NCBI GenBank assembly: GCA_030615205.1 | Contig: JAUWZS010000001.1 | Location: 76,993-140,992 of the forward strand | From: Candidatus Aenigmatarchaeota archaeon | Lineage (GTDB): Archaea > Aenigmatarchaeota > Aenigmatarchaeia > CG10238-14 > SCSR01 | Direction of reading: 5' to 3' | DNA: 64,000 bases | In this document: piece by piece, positions 1-9,393 of the stretch | Layout of the letters: each line of letters opens with the position of its first letter | Numbering within the stretch: position 1 is the first letter of the stretch | The notes under the pieces: model-generated | The model's input: only the letters and a program-made list of their open reading frames with translations | Told to the model about the DNA's origin: nothing | The model's database searches: none | Translations under genes and position numbers: made by a program

Positions 1-55
1 CCTGTTTAGAATCGTCTGCGATTTCTAAGCTCATCTACCCTGTTCTCCTTCAAAT

Positions 56-358
56 ATGAGTAAAAAATATGAGAACTTGTTTAAAAGATTATCAAAAACA
101 TTTCCATCTTGGGTTAGTGATAATCATAAAGCTATTAAAAATTCTGGATTCTTCATTAGCGATTTGGAAAATTTATCCAAATCTGGATATCTAGAGGTTG
201 ATAAAGGGATCGACAAGGGAAAAGAAAAACGATATTATAGACTATCCCCAAAAGGATTTTCTTACCTCACTGAGAAAAAATCAAAACGCCTTACTATTAT
301 TGCTATATCAGTAAGCATAATTGGAGTAGTAATTTCAATACTATTAAAATTTCTATAA
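56..358 (+). CDS. small winged-helix-like protein with C-terminal TM helix
   Basis: LENLSKSGYLEV...RYYRLSPKG resembles a wHTH wing; hydrophobic C-terminus. Confidence 0.5.
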   Translation: MSKKYENLFKRLSKTFPSWVSDNHKAIKNSGFFISDLENLSKSGYLEVDKGIDKGKEKRYYRLSPKGFSYLTEKKSKRLTIIAISVSIIGVVISILLKFL

Positions 359-549
359 TTTTTACAATCGAAATTTAACATTTTTGCATTTTTATGGAAA
401 TTGAGCTAAAAACCCATCAATTTTTAACAATTAACTTTTACCAGCCTTACCAATCGACAACTTAACAGAACCATCAAACCGTAAACTTTAAAAAGTTTAA
501 TTTACATACACACTAACTACAGTAATGTGTCTATAAGTGGTGCGTGTAA

Positions 550-873
550 ATGGAAAAACGAGCAGTGTTGATTTGCTTCAATGTCCGCAGCAAGAAGTTT
601 GATAGCAATTACGAGCGCAACAAATTCTTTCGCGGGCTTTATGGATGGAAGCAAATAATAAAGAAAGAGACAAAAGAAGGCAACAAAAAATACGTTTACG
701 AACGTGGCGGACTGCTTGATGAAATACCACACAAAAAGGTCGACCAGAGTGCATTTATCGTCGAAATGCAAGAAGCGGAGAGGATATTCAAATTTTTCGA
801 AGAATGGACTGACAAGGTGATTTGGAACACATTCAAGGTGTTGCTTGACGAGAACGAAGATATTTTTGAATAA
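550..873 (+). CDS. Cas2/VapD/PaaX-central-domain-like small protein
   Basis: 107 aa; LICFNV and DQSAFIV resemble Cas2-fold motifs; GGTG RBS. Confidence 0.45.
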   Translation: MEKRAVLICFNVRSKKFDSNYERNKFFRGLYGWKQIIKKETKEGNKKYVYERGGLLDEIPHKKVDQSAFIVEMQEAERIFKFFEEWTDKVIWNTFKVLLDENEDIFE

Positions 874-929
874 AAAACTAAATTGAATTGTAGGAAAAGG
901 AGGAATTGAAAAAAAACGGTTGATGAAAA

Positions 930-3221
930 ATGGCTGATGAAATAAGATTGAAAGTTGGCGAGCTTACTGAACGTGGCGAAGCTGGGCGAGGTATAATTAG
1001 AATTGGCTCGGAATTTATGCGAGAGCTTGGAATAAAAGAGGGCAATGTTGTTGAGATCGAAGGTTCTCGTAAGACTGCTGGAATTGCTGTTCGCTCGTAT
1101 CCTTCTGATGTTGGTTTGAAAATTGTAAGAATGGATGGGATAATGCGAAGGAATTGCGGGAGTGGTATTAGCGAATATGTAAAAATAAGGGAGGTTGATG
1201 TAAAAGAGGCAAAAAGCGTTTCAATTGCGCCTGCTCAAAGGGGATTGATAATTCACATCTCTCCGAATCTCATAAGGCAAAACATCTACAAGCGACCAGT
1301 AGTTAAAGGTGATATAATTATCCCATCACCGGTTGTTAGAAGGCGAGAATCCTACGGAGATAATTTTTTAGAGGATTTTTTCGGAAGTGGTTTTATGAAT
1401 ATGTTTTCCTCTTTCGTACCTTTACCTGCAGAAACAAGATTCATAGTCACGGCCACTGATCCAAAAGGCGTGGTGACAATAACTGACGCAACTGATTTGG
1501 AGATACAACCAAGAGCGCCTGAAGGCCTGAGGCTTGAAGAGCGTGCTGTGCCGACTGTTACATACGAAGACATTGGCGGAATGAAAAGTGTAGTTGAAAA
1601 AGTTCGTGAAATGATTGAGCTTCCGTTAAGACATCCAGAGCTTTTCGAGCGCTTGGGAGTTGAGCCGCCAAAAGGAGTATTGCTACATGGAGCACCAGGC
1701 ACAGGTAAGACCCTTCTTGCACGTGCTGTGGCAAATGAAAGCGGGGCGAACTTTATATCTATCAGCGGACCGGAGGTTATGTCGAAGTGGTATGGACAGA
1801 GCGAAGAGAACCTACGAAAAATATTCGAAGACGCAGAAAAGAATGCACCATCTATTATTTTTATTGACGAAATAGATTCGATTGCGCCAAAGCGTGAGGA
1901 GGTTCATGGTGAAGTCGAACGGCGCGTGGTCTCACAATTGCTTACGCTGATGGACGGATTGAAAAAACGTGGTAAGGTTATTGTTATCGCTGCGACAAAC
2001 CGAGTAAATGCAGTTGAGCCGGCGCTTAGACGCGGTGGACGCTTTGACAGAGAAATAGAACTTCCTGTGCCAGACCGTGCAGGGAGATTGGAAATTTTGA
2101 AAATACATACAAGGAATATGCCGCTCGAGAAAAATGTAAACCTCGGCTGGCTTGCTGATATAACATATGGATATGTGGGTGCAGATATAGCAGCACTAAT
2201 AAAAGAAGCAGCGATGTCTGCTCTGCGTCGTGTGCTACCGGAAATAAAATGGAAAGAGGAAGAAGAACTGCCAAGAGAGCTCATGGAGAAGCTGGTCGTA
2301 AAACGTGAAGATTTTGAAAATGCCTTGCTTGTAGTTGAGCCAAGCGCTATGCGTGAAGTGCTTGTAGAAGTGCCAAAAGTGAAATGGGATGATATCGGTG
2401 GGTTGAAAGACGTCAAACAGAAATTAAAGGAAATGGTTGAATGGCCACTGAAAAATCCAGAGAGTTTCAAGCGTGTAGGCATAGAACCACCAAGAGGCAT
2501 ACTTCTGTATGGACCGCCTGGTTGTGGTAAAACATTGCTCGCACGTGCTGTGGCAAATGAAAGCGGGGCGAACTTTATTTCAATAAAAGGGCCACAGATA
2601 TATTCGAAATGGGTAGGTGAATCCGAGAAGCAGATAAGAGGTATCTTCAAACGCGCAAAGCAAGTGGCACCAACAATAATATTTTTCGATGAAATTGATG
2701 CGCTTGCGCCGCGCCGAGGTGTACGAATGGGGACGCAGGTCACAGAGACCGTTGTTTCTCAGTTGCTCTCAGAAATGTCTGGGCTTGAAGAGCTGCATGG
2801 CGTTATTGTGATGGCTGCTACTAACAGACCGGATATAATAGACTTTGCTCTTCTAAGGCCAGGAAGGTTTGATAGGTTCATCCTTGTTCCACCGCCAGAT
2901 GAAGCAGCAAGATTAGTTATTCTGAAAATACATACGAAGAACATGCCGCTTAAAGGCGTAGATCTCAAATCCATTGCAAAGAGCACAGAGGGATTCTCAG
3001 GCGCGGATTTGGCTGCAGTATGCAGAGAAGCTGGAATGAGTGCGTTGCGCAAAGACCTAAAGTCAAAAGAAGTTACTGCAAAGGATTTTGAAGTTGCGCT
3101 TAAAGGCGTAATACCGAGCCTCACAATCAAATTACAAAAACATTACGATACATTTGAACAGAGAAGAAAGAAAATACAAGAAGAGCGAGTCCAGGAAGAA
3201 CGGCCGAGGTATATTGGATAA
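930..3221 (+). CDS. cdc48: CDC48/VCP family AAA+ ATPase
   Basis: N-domain plus two AAA modules ([14 protein letters not shown]; [14 protein letters not shown]) with SRH motifs. Confidence 0.97.
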   Translation: MADEIRLKVGELTERGEAGRGIIRIGSEFMRELGIKEGNVVEIEGSRKTAGIAVRSYPSDVGLKIVRMDGIMRRNCGSGISEYVKIREVDVKEAKSVSIAPAQRGLIIHISPNLIRQNIYKRPVVKGDIIIPSPVVRRRESYGDNFLEDFFGSGFMNMFSSFVPLPAETRFIVTATDPKGVVTITDATDLEIQPRAPEGLRLEERAVPTVTYEDIGGMKSVVEKVREMIELPLRHPELFERLGVEPPKGVLLHGAPGTGKTLLARAVANESGANFISISGPEVMSKWYGQSEENLRKIFEDAEKNAPSIIFIDEIDSIAPKREEVHGEVERRVVSQLLTLMDGLKKRGKVIVIAATNRVNAVEPALRRGGRFDREIELPVPDRAGRLEILKIHTRNMPLEKNVNLGWLADITYGYVGADIAALIKEAAMSALRRVLPEIKWKEEEELPRELMEKLVVKREDFENALLVVEPSAMREVLVEVPKVKWDDIGGLKDVKQKLKEMVEWPLKNPESFKRVGIEPPRGILLYGPPGCGKTLLARAVANESGANFISIKGPQIYSKWVGESEKQIRGIFKRAKQVAPTIIFFDEIDALAPRRGVRMGTQVTETVVSQLLSEMSGLEELHGVIVMAATNRPDIIDFALLRPGRFDRFILVPPPDEAARLVILKIHTKNMPLKGVDLKSIAKSTEGFSGADLAAVCREAGMSALRKDLKSKEVTAKDFEVALKGVIPSLTIKLQKHYDTFEQRRKKIQEERVQEERPRYIG

Positions 3222-3240
3222 TTCATAGAACAATGATATT

Positions 3241-4479
3241 ATGACGATGTCTGAAGAGCATATGGTAAAGAATATTGTCGTTGAAGAGCTGGCTAAGATT
3301 CCTACAGAAAGTCAACACGTGGAGATAATTGAGCGCAAAGGTCTTGGCCATCCGGATACAATATGCGACAAAATAATGAATCAGATTTCAATAAATCTGA
3401 GTAGTGAATATCTAAAAAGGGTCGGCGTTATACTGCACCATAACATAGACAAATCTCTACTTGCGGCCGGCGAAGTCGAATATAAATTCGGCGGTGGCAA
3501 AATACTAAAACCAATGTTACTTGTGATGGGGGATCGGGCCACTTATTCAGCAGGTGATATTAAGATACCTGTTGATGAGATAGCTATAACCACGGCTAAG
3601 CAGTGGTTCAAGGACAATTTGCGATTTGTTGACCCTGAAAAGGATGTGAGATACCAGAATGAATTGAAACGTGGCTCAGCAGCACTTGCCGATATTTTTG
3701 CGCGCAAGGGCACAAACAATGTGCTTGGGGCTAACGATACGTCTGCTGCTGTTGGTTACGCACCTAACACAGCAACTGAGAAAATAGTTTTTGGGCTCGA
3801 GCAGCATCTCAATTCAAAGAAGTTCAAATCCGAGTTTCCTGTTTCTGGAGAAGATATAAAAGTAATGGGATTTCGACAGGGCCGCAACTTGCATCTGACA
3901 GTATCAATGGGTTTTGTTGACCGCTTCGTAGAATCAGAGGACGATTACTTCAAAAAGAAAGCCGAAATTGAAGAAGCCATCCAGCAGTTTTTGAAAGATA
4001 AGGACAGCAACTTCGAGAAGATATCTCTCTATTTTAATACATTGGACAAACGCGGTCGAGGGGTCAATGGCGTTTTTCTGGTAGTCGGGGGGACATGTGC
4101 TGATGGCGCAGACTGCGGGCAGGTTGGTCGTGGTAATCGTGTAAATGGTGTCATATCTCTTAATCGACCTCAGTGCTCAGAAGCTGCAGCCGGGAAGAAC
4201 CCAATCAGTCACGTAGGTAAAATCTACAATGTACTATCCTATAGAATCGCAAATGAAGTGTACAACAATGTTAACGGCATCGCAGAAGTTTATATTTGGC
4301 TGCTTAGCCAAATCGGCCGTAGAATCGACAATCCGAAGATTGCAGCTGCACAAATAATAATGGAAAATGGCTCTATCAAAGAGGTCGAAAAGGAAATCCG
4401 AGAAGTTATAGATCGTGAGCTAGAAAACATTAACAATTTCTGCATGGATCTAGCAAAAGGTAAAATACCAGTTTGTTGA
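3241..4479 (+). CDS. mat: archaeal-type S-adenosylmethionine synthetase
   Basis: ERKGLGHPDTICD, ANDTS, GQVGRGNRVNG, AGKNPISHVGKIYN. Confidence 0.95.
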   Translation: MTMSEEHMVKNIVVEELAKIPTESQHVEIIERKGLGHPDTICDKIMNQISINLSSEYLKRVGVILHHNIDKSLLAAGEVEYKFGGGKILKPMLLVMGDRATYSAGDIKIPVDEIAITTAKQWFKDNLRFVDPEKDVRYQNELKRGSAALADIFARKGTNNVLGANDTSAAVGYAPNTATEKIVFGLEQHLNSKKFKSEFPVSGEDIKVMGFRQGRNLHLTVSMGFVDRFVESEDDYFKKKAEIEEAIQQFLKDKDSNFEKISLYFNTLDKRGRGVNGVFLVVGGTCADGADCGQVGRGNRVNGVISLNRPQCSEAAAGKNPISHVGKIYNVLSYRIANEVYNNVNGIAEVYIWLLSQIGRRIDNPKIAAAQIIMENGSIKEVEKEIREVIDRELENINNFCMDLAKGKIPVC

Positions 4480-4492
4480 ACTGTTTGTTGAA

Positions 4493-4765
4493 TTATCTTC
4501 GTTTCTTCTTTTTCTTTCGCAGTCTTCTCTTTTTCTGCTTTCTCTTTCTCTTCCTTGCGTGTTTTCTTCTTTTTCGTTTCCCTATGAAAAGCAGAAGCAC
4601 AATGATTATTACTACAGCTGTGAGCGTTGTTGTTTCCAAATCGATTTCGGAAATTACTATATATCGCGTCGCAACATTCGCAAAGAAAGCTACGAAGGCT
4701 ATTATTATCAATACACCTAGAAATTTTTTCTTCGCACCTCTAGTTTTCAAGCCTTTAAACATCAT
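4493..4765 (-). CDS. small 2-TM membrane protein with poly-basic tail
   Basis: two hydrophobic helices then a K/R-rich C-terminus. Confidence 0.55.
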   Translation of the reverse strand: MMFKGLKTRGAKKKFLGVLIIIAFVAFFANVATRYIVISEIDLETTTLTAVVIIIVLLLFIGKRKRRKHARKRKRKQKKRRLRKKKKKRR

Positions 4766-4838
4766 TATTAAAATTTAATTTTCTCTATTAAAAGGTTTAT
4801 TTTTAAAAGGTTTATTTTTAATAATACAAATAGAAACT

Positions 4839-6236
4839 ATGAGAATAGCTTCGGTAAAAGTTAATTTTAGATTCATTCTCTCGCCAGTGCTAATATTTTT
4901 TCTAATGTTTTTTATGCTATTTGTTTTTTCCGCGATTCCAGCAAACGCTTATGGTATATGGACGTGCGACCAAGCAGGCGCTTTGAAAATCAGTTTTTAC
5001 AATAATGAGAGTGTGTATGTGACCAGCGGAAATATAACATCGACTAGCCAGAGTGTAAGAGTATACATAGTAACAAACAACAATAGCTGGGTCGATGGAA
5101 AAGCGCTCAACGATATTACAGGAACAGGCTATTTAACAGTCACGACAAACAGTAGCGGGCATATTCCTGTCACTTCTGTGTGGACCGATCCTGAGGTTGG
5201 AACCTATGATATAGTCGCAGATGTAAACAGAGATGGTGAATACAATAGCACATACGATTTTGTAAACAGTTCATCTACAGTCGGGCTCACTGTACTCGAA
5301 GCGCCAATACCTACGCTGAATGTGGAAACAGGTCAAAATACCTCTTCAAGCCACGACTGGGATATTGAATCTGACACTGGTCACAATTCAATGTTACAGC
5401 TCAACTTTATTGCAACAATAGAAGACGTTAGAATAAATTCGATAGCCATCACCGCAAGCGGAAGTGGCAACGAGGAAGATGATATAACTGTTGCTTATCT
5501 GATTTTGGACACAGACAGTGATGGGCAATACGATCAAGGTGAAACATTCCTAAGTTACAGCAACTATTTTTTTGATAATGGTGTTATTACATTTGAAATA
5601 GACGATGGTTATGTTGTTTCTATAACAGACAGTATAGATATGATAATAACCTATTCGATGAGCCAGTCTGGGCAAGCAGACAGCACATACAAGTTCAATG
5701 TTGTTTCAATTTCTGCAGTTGGCGCAGGTACTAGCGATGCCGCAAGCGTAACCGGTCTTCCAATCGGTTCGGCTATAAAGACTATAACCGGAGTCGCAGC
5801 GACTACCACAACAACGACAATCCTTGGAACAACCACAACAACAATACCGACAGACGAATGCGAAACTGATTCAGACTGCGGTGGCCTGACCTGCAGCAAC
5901 AAGCAAAAAACAACTTACAGCTGTGAATATGACGCCATTAGAGGGATCAATGTATGTTCAAGCACAATAGTAACTGTCAGCTGCTGCGGCGATGGGGACT
6001 GCGTTGATGGATATTATTGTTTAAATTATGAATGTGTAGAAGAAACTGGAGGCATCGGTGGGTGGCTTGGAGAGTGGGACTATATATTGACAATAGTTTC
6101 GATAGTTTTTGTGATTGCTCTTGTCCTTATTGTATTTTTCATTATAAAGAATCGAAATAAAAGACCATGGAAGAGTAAGAAAGAGTACGAAGGTGAATGG
6201 AAAAGTTTGCGCAAGAAATGGGAAAGAAAAAAATAA
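4839..6236 (+). CDS. cell-surface glycoprotein (Thr linker, Cys-rich domain, C-terminal TM anchor)
   Basis: signal peptide, many N-x-S/T sequons, poly-Thr, Cys cluster, TM plus basic tail. Confidence 0.8.
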   Translation: MRIASVKVNFRFILSPVLIFFLMFFMLFVFSAIPANAYGIWTCDQAGALKISFYNNESVYVTSGNITSTSQSVRVYIVTNNNSWVDGKALNDITGTGYLTVTTNSSGHIPVTSVWTDPEVGTYDIVADVNRDGEYNSTYDFVNSSSTVGLTVLEAPIPTLNVETGQNTSSSHDWDIESDTGHNSMLQLNFIATIEDVRINSIAITASGSGNEEDDITVAYLILDTDSDGQYDQGETFLSYSNYFFDNGVITFEIDDGYVVSITDSIDMIITYSMSQSGQADSTYKFNVVSISAVGAGTSDAASVTGLPIGSAIKTITGVAATTTTTTILGTTTTTIPTDECETDSDCGGLTCSNKQKTTYSCEYDAIRGINVCSSTIVTVSCCGDGDCVDGYYCLNYECVEETGGIGGWLGEWDYILTIVSIVFVIALVLIVFFIIKNRNKRPWKSKKEYEGEWKSLRKKWERKK

Positions 6237-6319
6237 AAGCTTCTTTACTTATCCAATTCGATATAGTTTGAAAGTTTTGGAAGTATAAGGTATAAATTAG
6301 TTATAATAGGTTGAGTATA

Positions 6320-6457
6320 ATGAGTTGGGAAGACTACGAACCGCCAAAGAAACCGAAGAAGCGCTACAAGTCTTACAAGCGTGGTTTTGAAAGAAGCAGG
6401 TATAAAAAATCTAAATTAAAAAAATCTAAAAAATTTGGCAAAAAGAAAGAAAGGTAA
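6320..6457 (+). CDS. putative 45-aa basic microprotein (not in ORF track)
   Basis: ATG after AGGTTGAG; MSWEDYEPPKKPKKRYKSYKRGFERSRYKKSKLKKSKKFGKKKER; fills an intergenic gap. Confidence 0.45.
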   Translation: MSWEDYEPPKKPKKRYKSYKRGFERSRYKKSKLKKSKKFGKKKER

Positions 6458-6470
6458 AAATCTTATAATC

Positions 6471-7124
6471 TTATTTTTCCCAAAAGAAAACCAGCTTCTT
6501 TTTCTGTATACGTATATACAAACCATAGGCTACGCCCGCAATCAGACCGGCCAGATGGGCGGAGTGTGCAATATTCGACGGTACGAAGAGTCCTGTAAAT
6601 TCCAACAAGAACCACAGTGCAGCCGCAAAAATAATCGGCATAGGTGCGAAGCCGATGTAAACGACTAAGCCCGGGTAAAGCACGGCCAACATCGCCATAA
6701 TACCATATATACCACCGCTCGCACCGACCGCTGGTATTACGCCATAAGGCTCAGCGATCCAGTAAGCAACATTGCCTAAAAAGCCAGCTATGAAAAAGAT
6801 GGCGAGGAACTGCTTTGTTGACACGCGCGATTCGAGATAAAGGCCGAAGATGAACAGAGCGAACATATTGAAGAAAAGGTGCTCGATTCCTGCGTGAAAG
6901 AAGATTGATGTTATAAAAGTCCACGGTCGTTCGAGTATCTTAGCAGGGGTAAAAGCGAAAACCGGCCAGATTGGATAAATGAGATTTAAAAAGAAAATAA
7001 AAGTACAAAGTGCGATGAATATGAAAGTCCATCTAGGTTTCTTTGTGCGTCTGCGCCTCCCGCGACGGACGACTACACTTGGCTGATAAAAGAAAAATTC
7101 TCTTTCCGGCATATGTCTAATCAT
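6471..7124 (-). CDS. rhomboid family intramembrane serine protease
   Basis: HLFFNM, GASGG catalytic Ser, AHLAG catalytic His. Confidence 0.93.
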   Translation of the reverse strand: MIRHMPEREFFFYQPSVVVRRGRRRRTKKPRWTFIFIALCTFIFFLNLIYPIWPVFAFTPAKILERPWTFITSIFFHAGIEHLFFNMFALFIFGLYLESRVSTKQFLAIFFIAGFLGNVAYWIAEPYGVIPAVGASGGIYGIMAMLAVLYPGLVVYIGFAPMPIIFAAALWFLLEFTGLFVPSNIAHSAHLAGLIAGVAYGLYIRIQKKKLVFFWEK

Positions 7125-7224
7125 TTGCCATCTGAACCTTATATATCTAATTCACATCTAATTCAGGAAAACAAAAGTCGAGAAAAGAAATAAGTTATTT
7201 GTTTGATTGTTCAAAAATTATAAT

Positions 7225-8040
7225 ATGGGTATTTTACGAACCATCAGCAAAGCAATAGGTAAATTCATTCTTACATTCTTTCTCACAAGTCTGATATTCA
7301 CAATCGGATTAGTGCAATTTACAGGATACGAAAACATGAAAATAGTTTTTAGCGATATTGCTGGCTCGCAGATTGGGGGAACTATGACAGAAGAAGAATT
7401 AGAACGACTCCAGCAGACGCTTTTGGAATTGTGCGAAGGTGAAGAAAGTGTGGAACTTCAGATACTGGAATCCGAAGACCCGATAACTATAGATTGCAAT
7501 GAAGTACGAGCAGTTGCGGAAGATAGTGAAAGAAGCATCGTAAATGTTATTGGTGATGTTTCGTCAACTACTTTTTTCGACGAGATATACTACAAGGAAT
7601 ACGAGTGTAATTTTTTCGAATGCATACAGACAGGCCAGTTCACCATAATAGCTTCAGCGCATGGGCATAGTTTTTTCAATCAGATACAGATCTATCTTGC
7701 TATAGGGGTTGCAGCCGGGATCATTATAGTTTTAATAGCAACAGAAAACTGGTCTGACAGGCTTAAAGGAGTCGGCTGGGCTCTGGTGTTTACAGGGATT
7801 TCGTACCTGTTTCTGACATTCGGAAAAGGTGCAATAGTTATGACATTACCAAGCGAAGAACAAGCAGGCATTAATGTAATGTCTATGGTTGATAAAATGA
7901 TTGAACCGATGATGAACGGCTTTCTGATTGCTTTGATTATAGGGATAGTTGTCACTGCTAGCGGGTATGCACTTGCGTACAGAGAGAAAAGGAAAATTCC
8001 AGAAAGAAAAATTGAAAACAGAAAAAGAATCGTGGATTAA
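7225..8040 (+). CDS. hypothetical multi-TM membrane protein
   Basis: 4 TM helices with an extracytoplasmic Cys-containing loop. Confidence 0.7.
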   Translation: MGILRTISKAIGKFILTFFLTSLIFTIGLVQFTGYENMKIVFSDIAGSQIGGTMTEEELERLQQTLLELCEGEESVELQILESEDPITIDCNEVRAVAEDSERSIVNVIGDVSSTTFFDEIYYKEYECNFFECIQTGQFTIIASAHGHSFFNQIQIYLAIGVAAGIIIVLIATENWSDRLKGVGWALVFTGISYLFLTFGKGAIVMTLPSEEQAGINVMSMVDKMIEPMMNGFLIALIIGIVVTASGYALAYREKRKIPERKIENRKRIVD

Positions 8041-8052
8041 CCTTATGTAGAA

Positions 8053-8199
8053 TTAACCTATGTATCTCAAATCCTTCTCATGTCTTTTATGCAACCTTAT
8101 GTATCTGTCAAGTTCTTCCACTATGAACCGCTCGACTCTTATTTGAGCGCGTGTCTTGAAAGGGCCTCTCTTTTTATCTCCCTTTTTGTTTTTGGTCAT
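8053..8199 (-). CDS. putative 48-aa microprotein ending DLRYIG (not in ORF track)
   Basis: ATG after GGCGTGA RBS; MTKNKKGDKKRGPFKTRAQIRVERFIVEELDRYIRLHKRHEKDLRYIG. Confidence 0.55.
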   Translation of the reverse strand: MTKNKKGDKKRGPFKTRAQIRVERFIVEELDRYIRLHKRHEKDLRYIG

Positions 8200-8220
8200 C
8201 AAATCACGCCAATACTATGT

Positions 8221-8493
8221 TCACACGTTGCCAAACCTTTTTCCGAATGGTGCAAGCGAAGATTGAACATATTCTTGCTTCATATCTTCCAAGAGTTCTA
8301 TACCAACCCCGCTACTTATCGATCTTATCTTTCCTGCGCCACGCAATCTCCTCAAGCAGTCCGACACTGATTTGGTAGAATCACATATTCTTTCTTCGAT
8401 GAGCGACCTGAAAATTATTCCCAACGATAGTGGATTGCCATGTCTTCTCCTCAGACTCCTCAACACATCAAGAACTTCTTCTATTTGTTCCAT
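8221..8493 (-). CDS. small wHTH-like protein
   Basis: VSDCLRRLRGAGKI helix-wing pattern. Confidence 0.5.
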   Translation of the reverse strand: MEQIEEVLDVLRSLRRRHGNPLSLGIIFRSLIEERICDSTKSVSDCLRRLRGAGKIRSISSGVGIELLEDMKQEYVQSSLAPFGKRFGNV

Positions 8494-8698
8494 ACAATCA
8501 CAGGCCGCAAAAGCCCCTCACAGAGGCCGCTAACAAAGGCACTTTCGTCATCGCCTAGTTGCGTTCAACACTATTTAATTGGTAAAAAAGAGATAAATCG
8601 TTTTATTTATAGGAAAAGATATTTTAGACTATGAATATTTTTAGTTTTTTTTAATATATGCTTAATAATTTAAAAAACTAAAGATAATTTGATGTCCG

Positions 8699-9124
8699 AT
8701 GTTGGTAAAAGATGTGATGAACAAGAACGTTGTGGTCGCTAAATTCGATGTTACAATAAGAGAAGCGACTAAAGTAATGAATAAATTCCGCATAGGTAGT
8801 TTGGTCGTGCTGAAGGAAGAAAAAATCGCTGGTATACTCACAGAAAGAAATGTATTGGAAGCAGTTGCTGCTGGAAAAGATCCAGACTCGATAGCGATCG
8901 AGGACATAATGACGAAAAACGTAGTAACAATCGACCCAGATGAAGCTGTAGAAGTGGCTGTAGACCTCATGACGCAACATAAAATAAAAAAGTTGCCTGT
9001 TGTGGAAAATGACAAAATAAAAGGAATAATAACCGCCAGCGACATTGTTGTTGTCGAACCAAAGCTTATAGCGAGCATTGCTAACTTAATTTCTATGAAA
9101 CTTCCTGGCTATCGTGGTGGATAA
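8699..9124 (+). CDS. CBS domain pair protein
   Basis: VKDVM...IGSLVV...GILTERN; KKLPVV...GIITASD. Confidence 0.93.
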   Translation: MLVKDVMNKNVVVAKFDVTIREATKVMNKFRIGSLVVLKEEKIAGILTERNVLEAVAAGKDPDSIAIEDIMTKNVVTIDPDEAVEVAVDLMTQHKIKKLPVVENDKIKGIITASDIVVVEPKLIASIANLISMKLPGYRGG

Positions 9125-9193
9125 AGAATAATTGCAGATGAAGGACGAGGCCGTGATTTAGTGATTAAGCGATTTATGATTCGGTGATTTATT

Positions 9194-9373
9194 ATGCAAG
9201 CTAGGATATTTTGCCAGAAACACGGTAAGCTCGGCTTAGATGATGTTGTAATTAAAAATGGCGTCCCGATTTGCAGGAAATGCCAATCCATTCTTGAATT
9301 TGGAAAAATCCGTCCTAGAAAAGTCGAAGATGTGAAAAGAAAAAAGACAAAACGAAGCAGAAAGAAGAAATAA
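9194..9373 (+). CDS. putative 59-aa zinc-finger microprotein (not in ORF track)
   Basis: GGTGA RBS; MQARIFCQKHG...ICRKCQ (CxxH...CxxC) with basic tail. Confidence 0.65.
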   Translation: MQARIFCQKHGKLGLDDVVIKNGVPICRKCQSILEFGKIRPRKVEDVKRKKTKRSRKKK

Positions 9374-9393
9374 AGATAATTAAACTTTCCAGG

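Noticed and set aside
1352-3130. Long antisense ORFs over cdc48 (also over iorA, top6B and AMP phosphorylase, e.g. 57884-58912)
   Set aside because: Shadow frames of well-conserved genes, with no motifs or RBS.
8540-8570. GGCGATG resembling a fluoride riboswitch or hammerhead core
   Set aside because: The pairing partner and downstream conserved elements are missing.
9136-9187. Possible stand-alone C/D sRNA (ATGAAGG...GTGA...GTGATTA...ATGA)
   Set aside because: All boxes are degenerate, the guides are short and no target was identified.
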